Origin: the human T2T-CHM13v2.0 reference genome, Homo sapiens
Length of the DNA: 64,000 nt
Strand: one strand, 5' to 3'
Assembly: GCF_009914755.1 (NCBI RefSeq)
Contig: NC_060943.1
Of the stretch, positions 63,820 to 64,000 are shown piece by piece. Within the stretch, counting starts at the first letter, position 1, and every line of letters begins with the position of its first letter. The notes beneath the pieces were generated by a model, which was not told where the DNA came from, ran no database searches, and saw nothing but the letters and a program-made list of their open reading frames with translations. The position numbers and the translations under genes were made by a program.

Positions 63820-64000
63820 ATAGAAAGTGACCTTTCTATTTAAAGGTCACTTCCTCAGAGGGGACTCCCCTGACCCCCAGTCTACAATAGCAGCCATCTC
63901 CAAGCCTTTTCTAATCACAGAATCTCGTTTTATTATCTGCACAGCGCTTGCCACTATGGGAAACTATCATGATATCTTTCCTTTTCTGTCTGGCTTCCAC

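Overview
Human (primate) genomic DNA, recognisable as the chr19p13.2 DNMT1-S1PR2 locus, very Alu-dense. Both genes are on the minus strand. DNMT1 is present from its CpG-island promoter and exon 1 (ATG at 29062) through exon 11 (814-901), 297 codons in all. This includes the 48-nt Alu-derived alternative exon 5; the gene continues beyond position 1. S1PR2 is present as its single coding exon (CDS 59040-57979), its 3'UTR (AATAAA at 55599-55594) and part of intron 1; its first exon is not seen in the window. The intergenic region holds a CHCHD10 processed pseudogene and old L1/L2/MIR/MaLR/DNA-transposon relics. Nearly all other ORFs in the track are Alu or microsatellite artefacts. Most notable observations: (1) the CHCHD10 retrocopy appears to come from an exon-2-skipped mRNA and keeps an intact 44-codon twin-CX9C ORF; (2) a six-monomer Alu expanded in situ; (3) a 51-bp-arm hairpin with a duplicated loop; (4) a perfect 70-bp templated insertion with a fold-back scar; (5) the duplicated exon-pair architecture of DNMT1 exons 7-11; (6) candidate poison and upstream exons for DNMT1. 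No wholly new biological system can be shown from sequence alone. Gene, isoform and repeat-family names are from recall, not from database searches.
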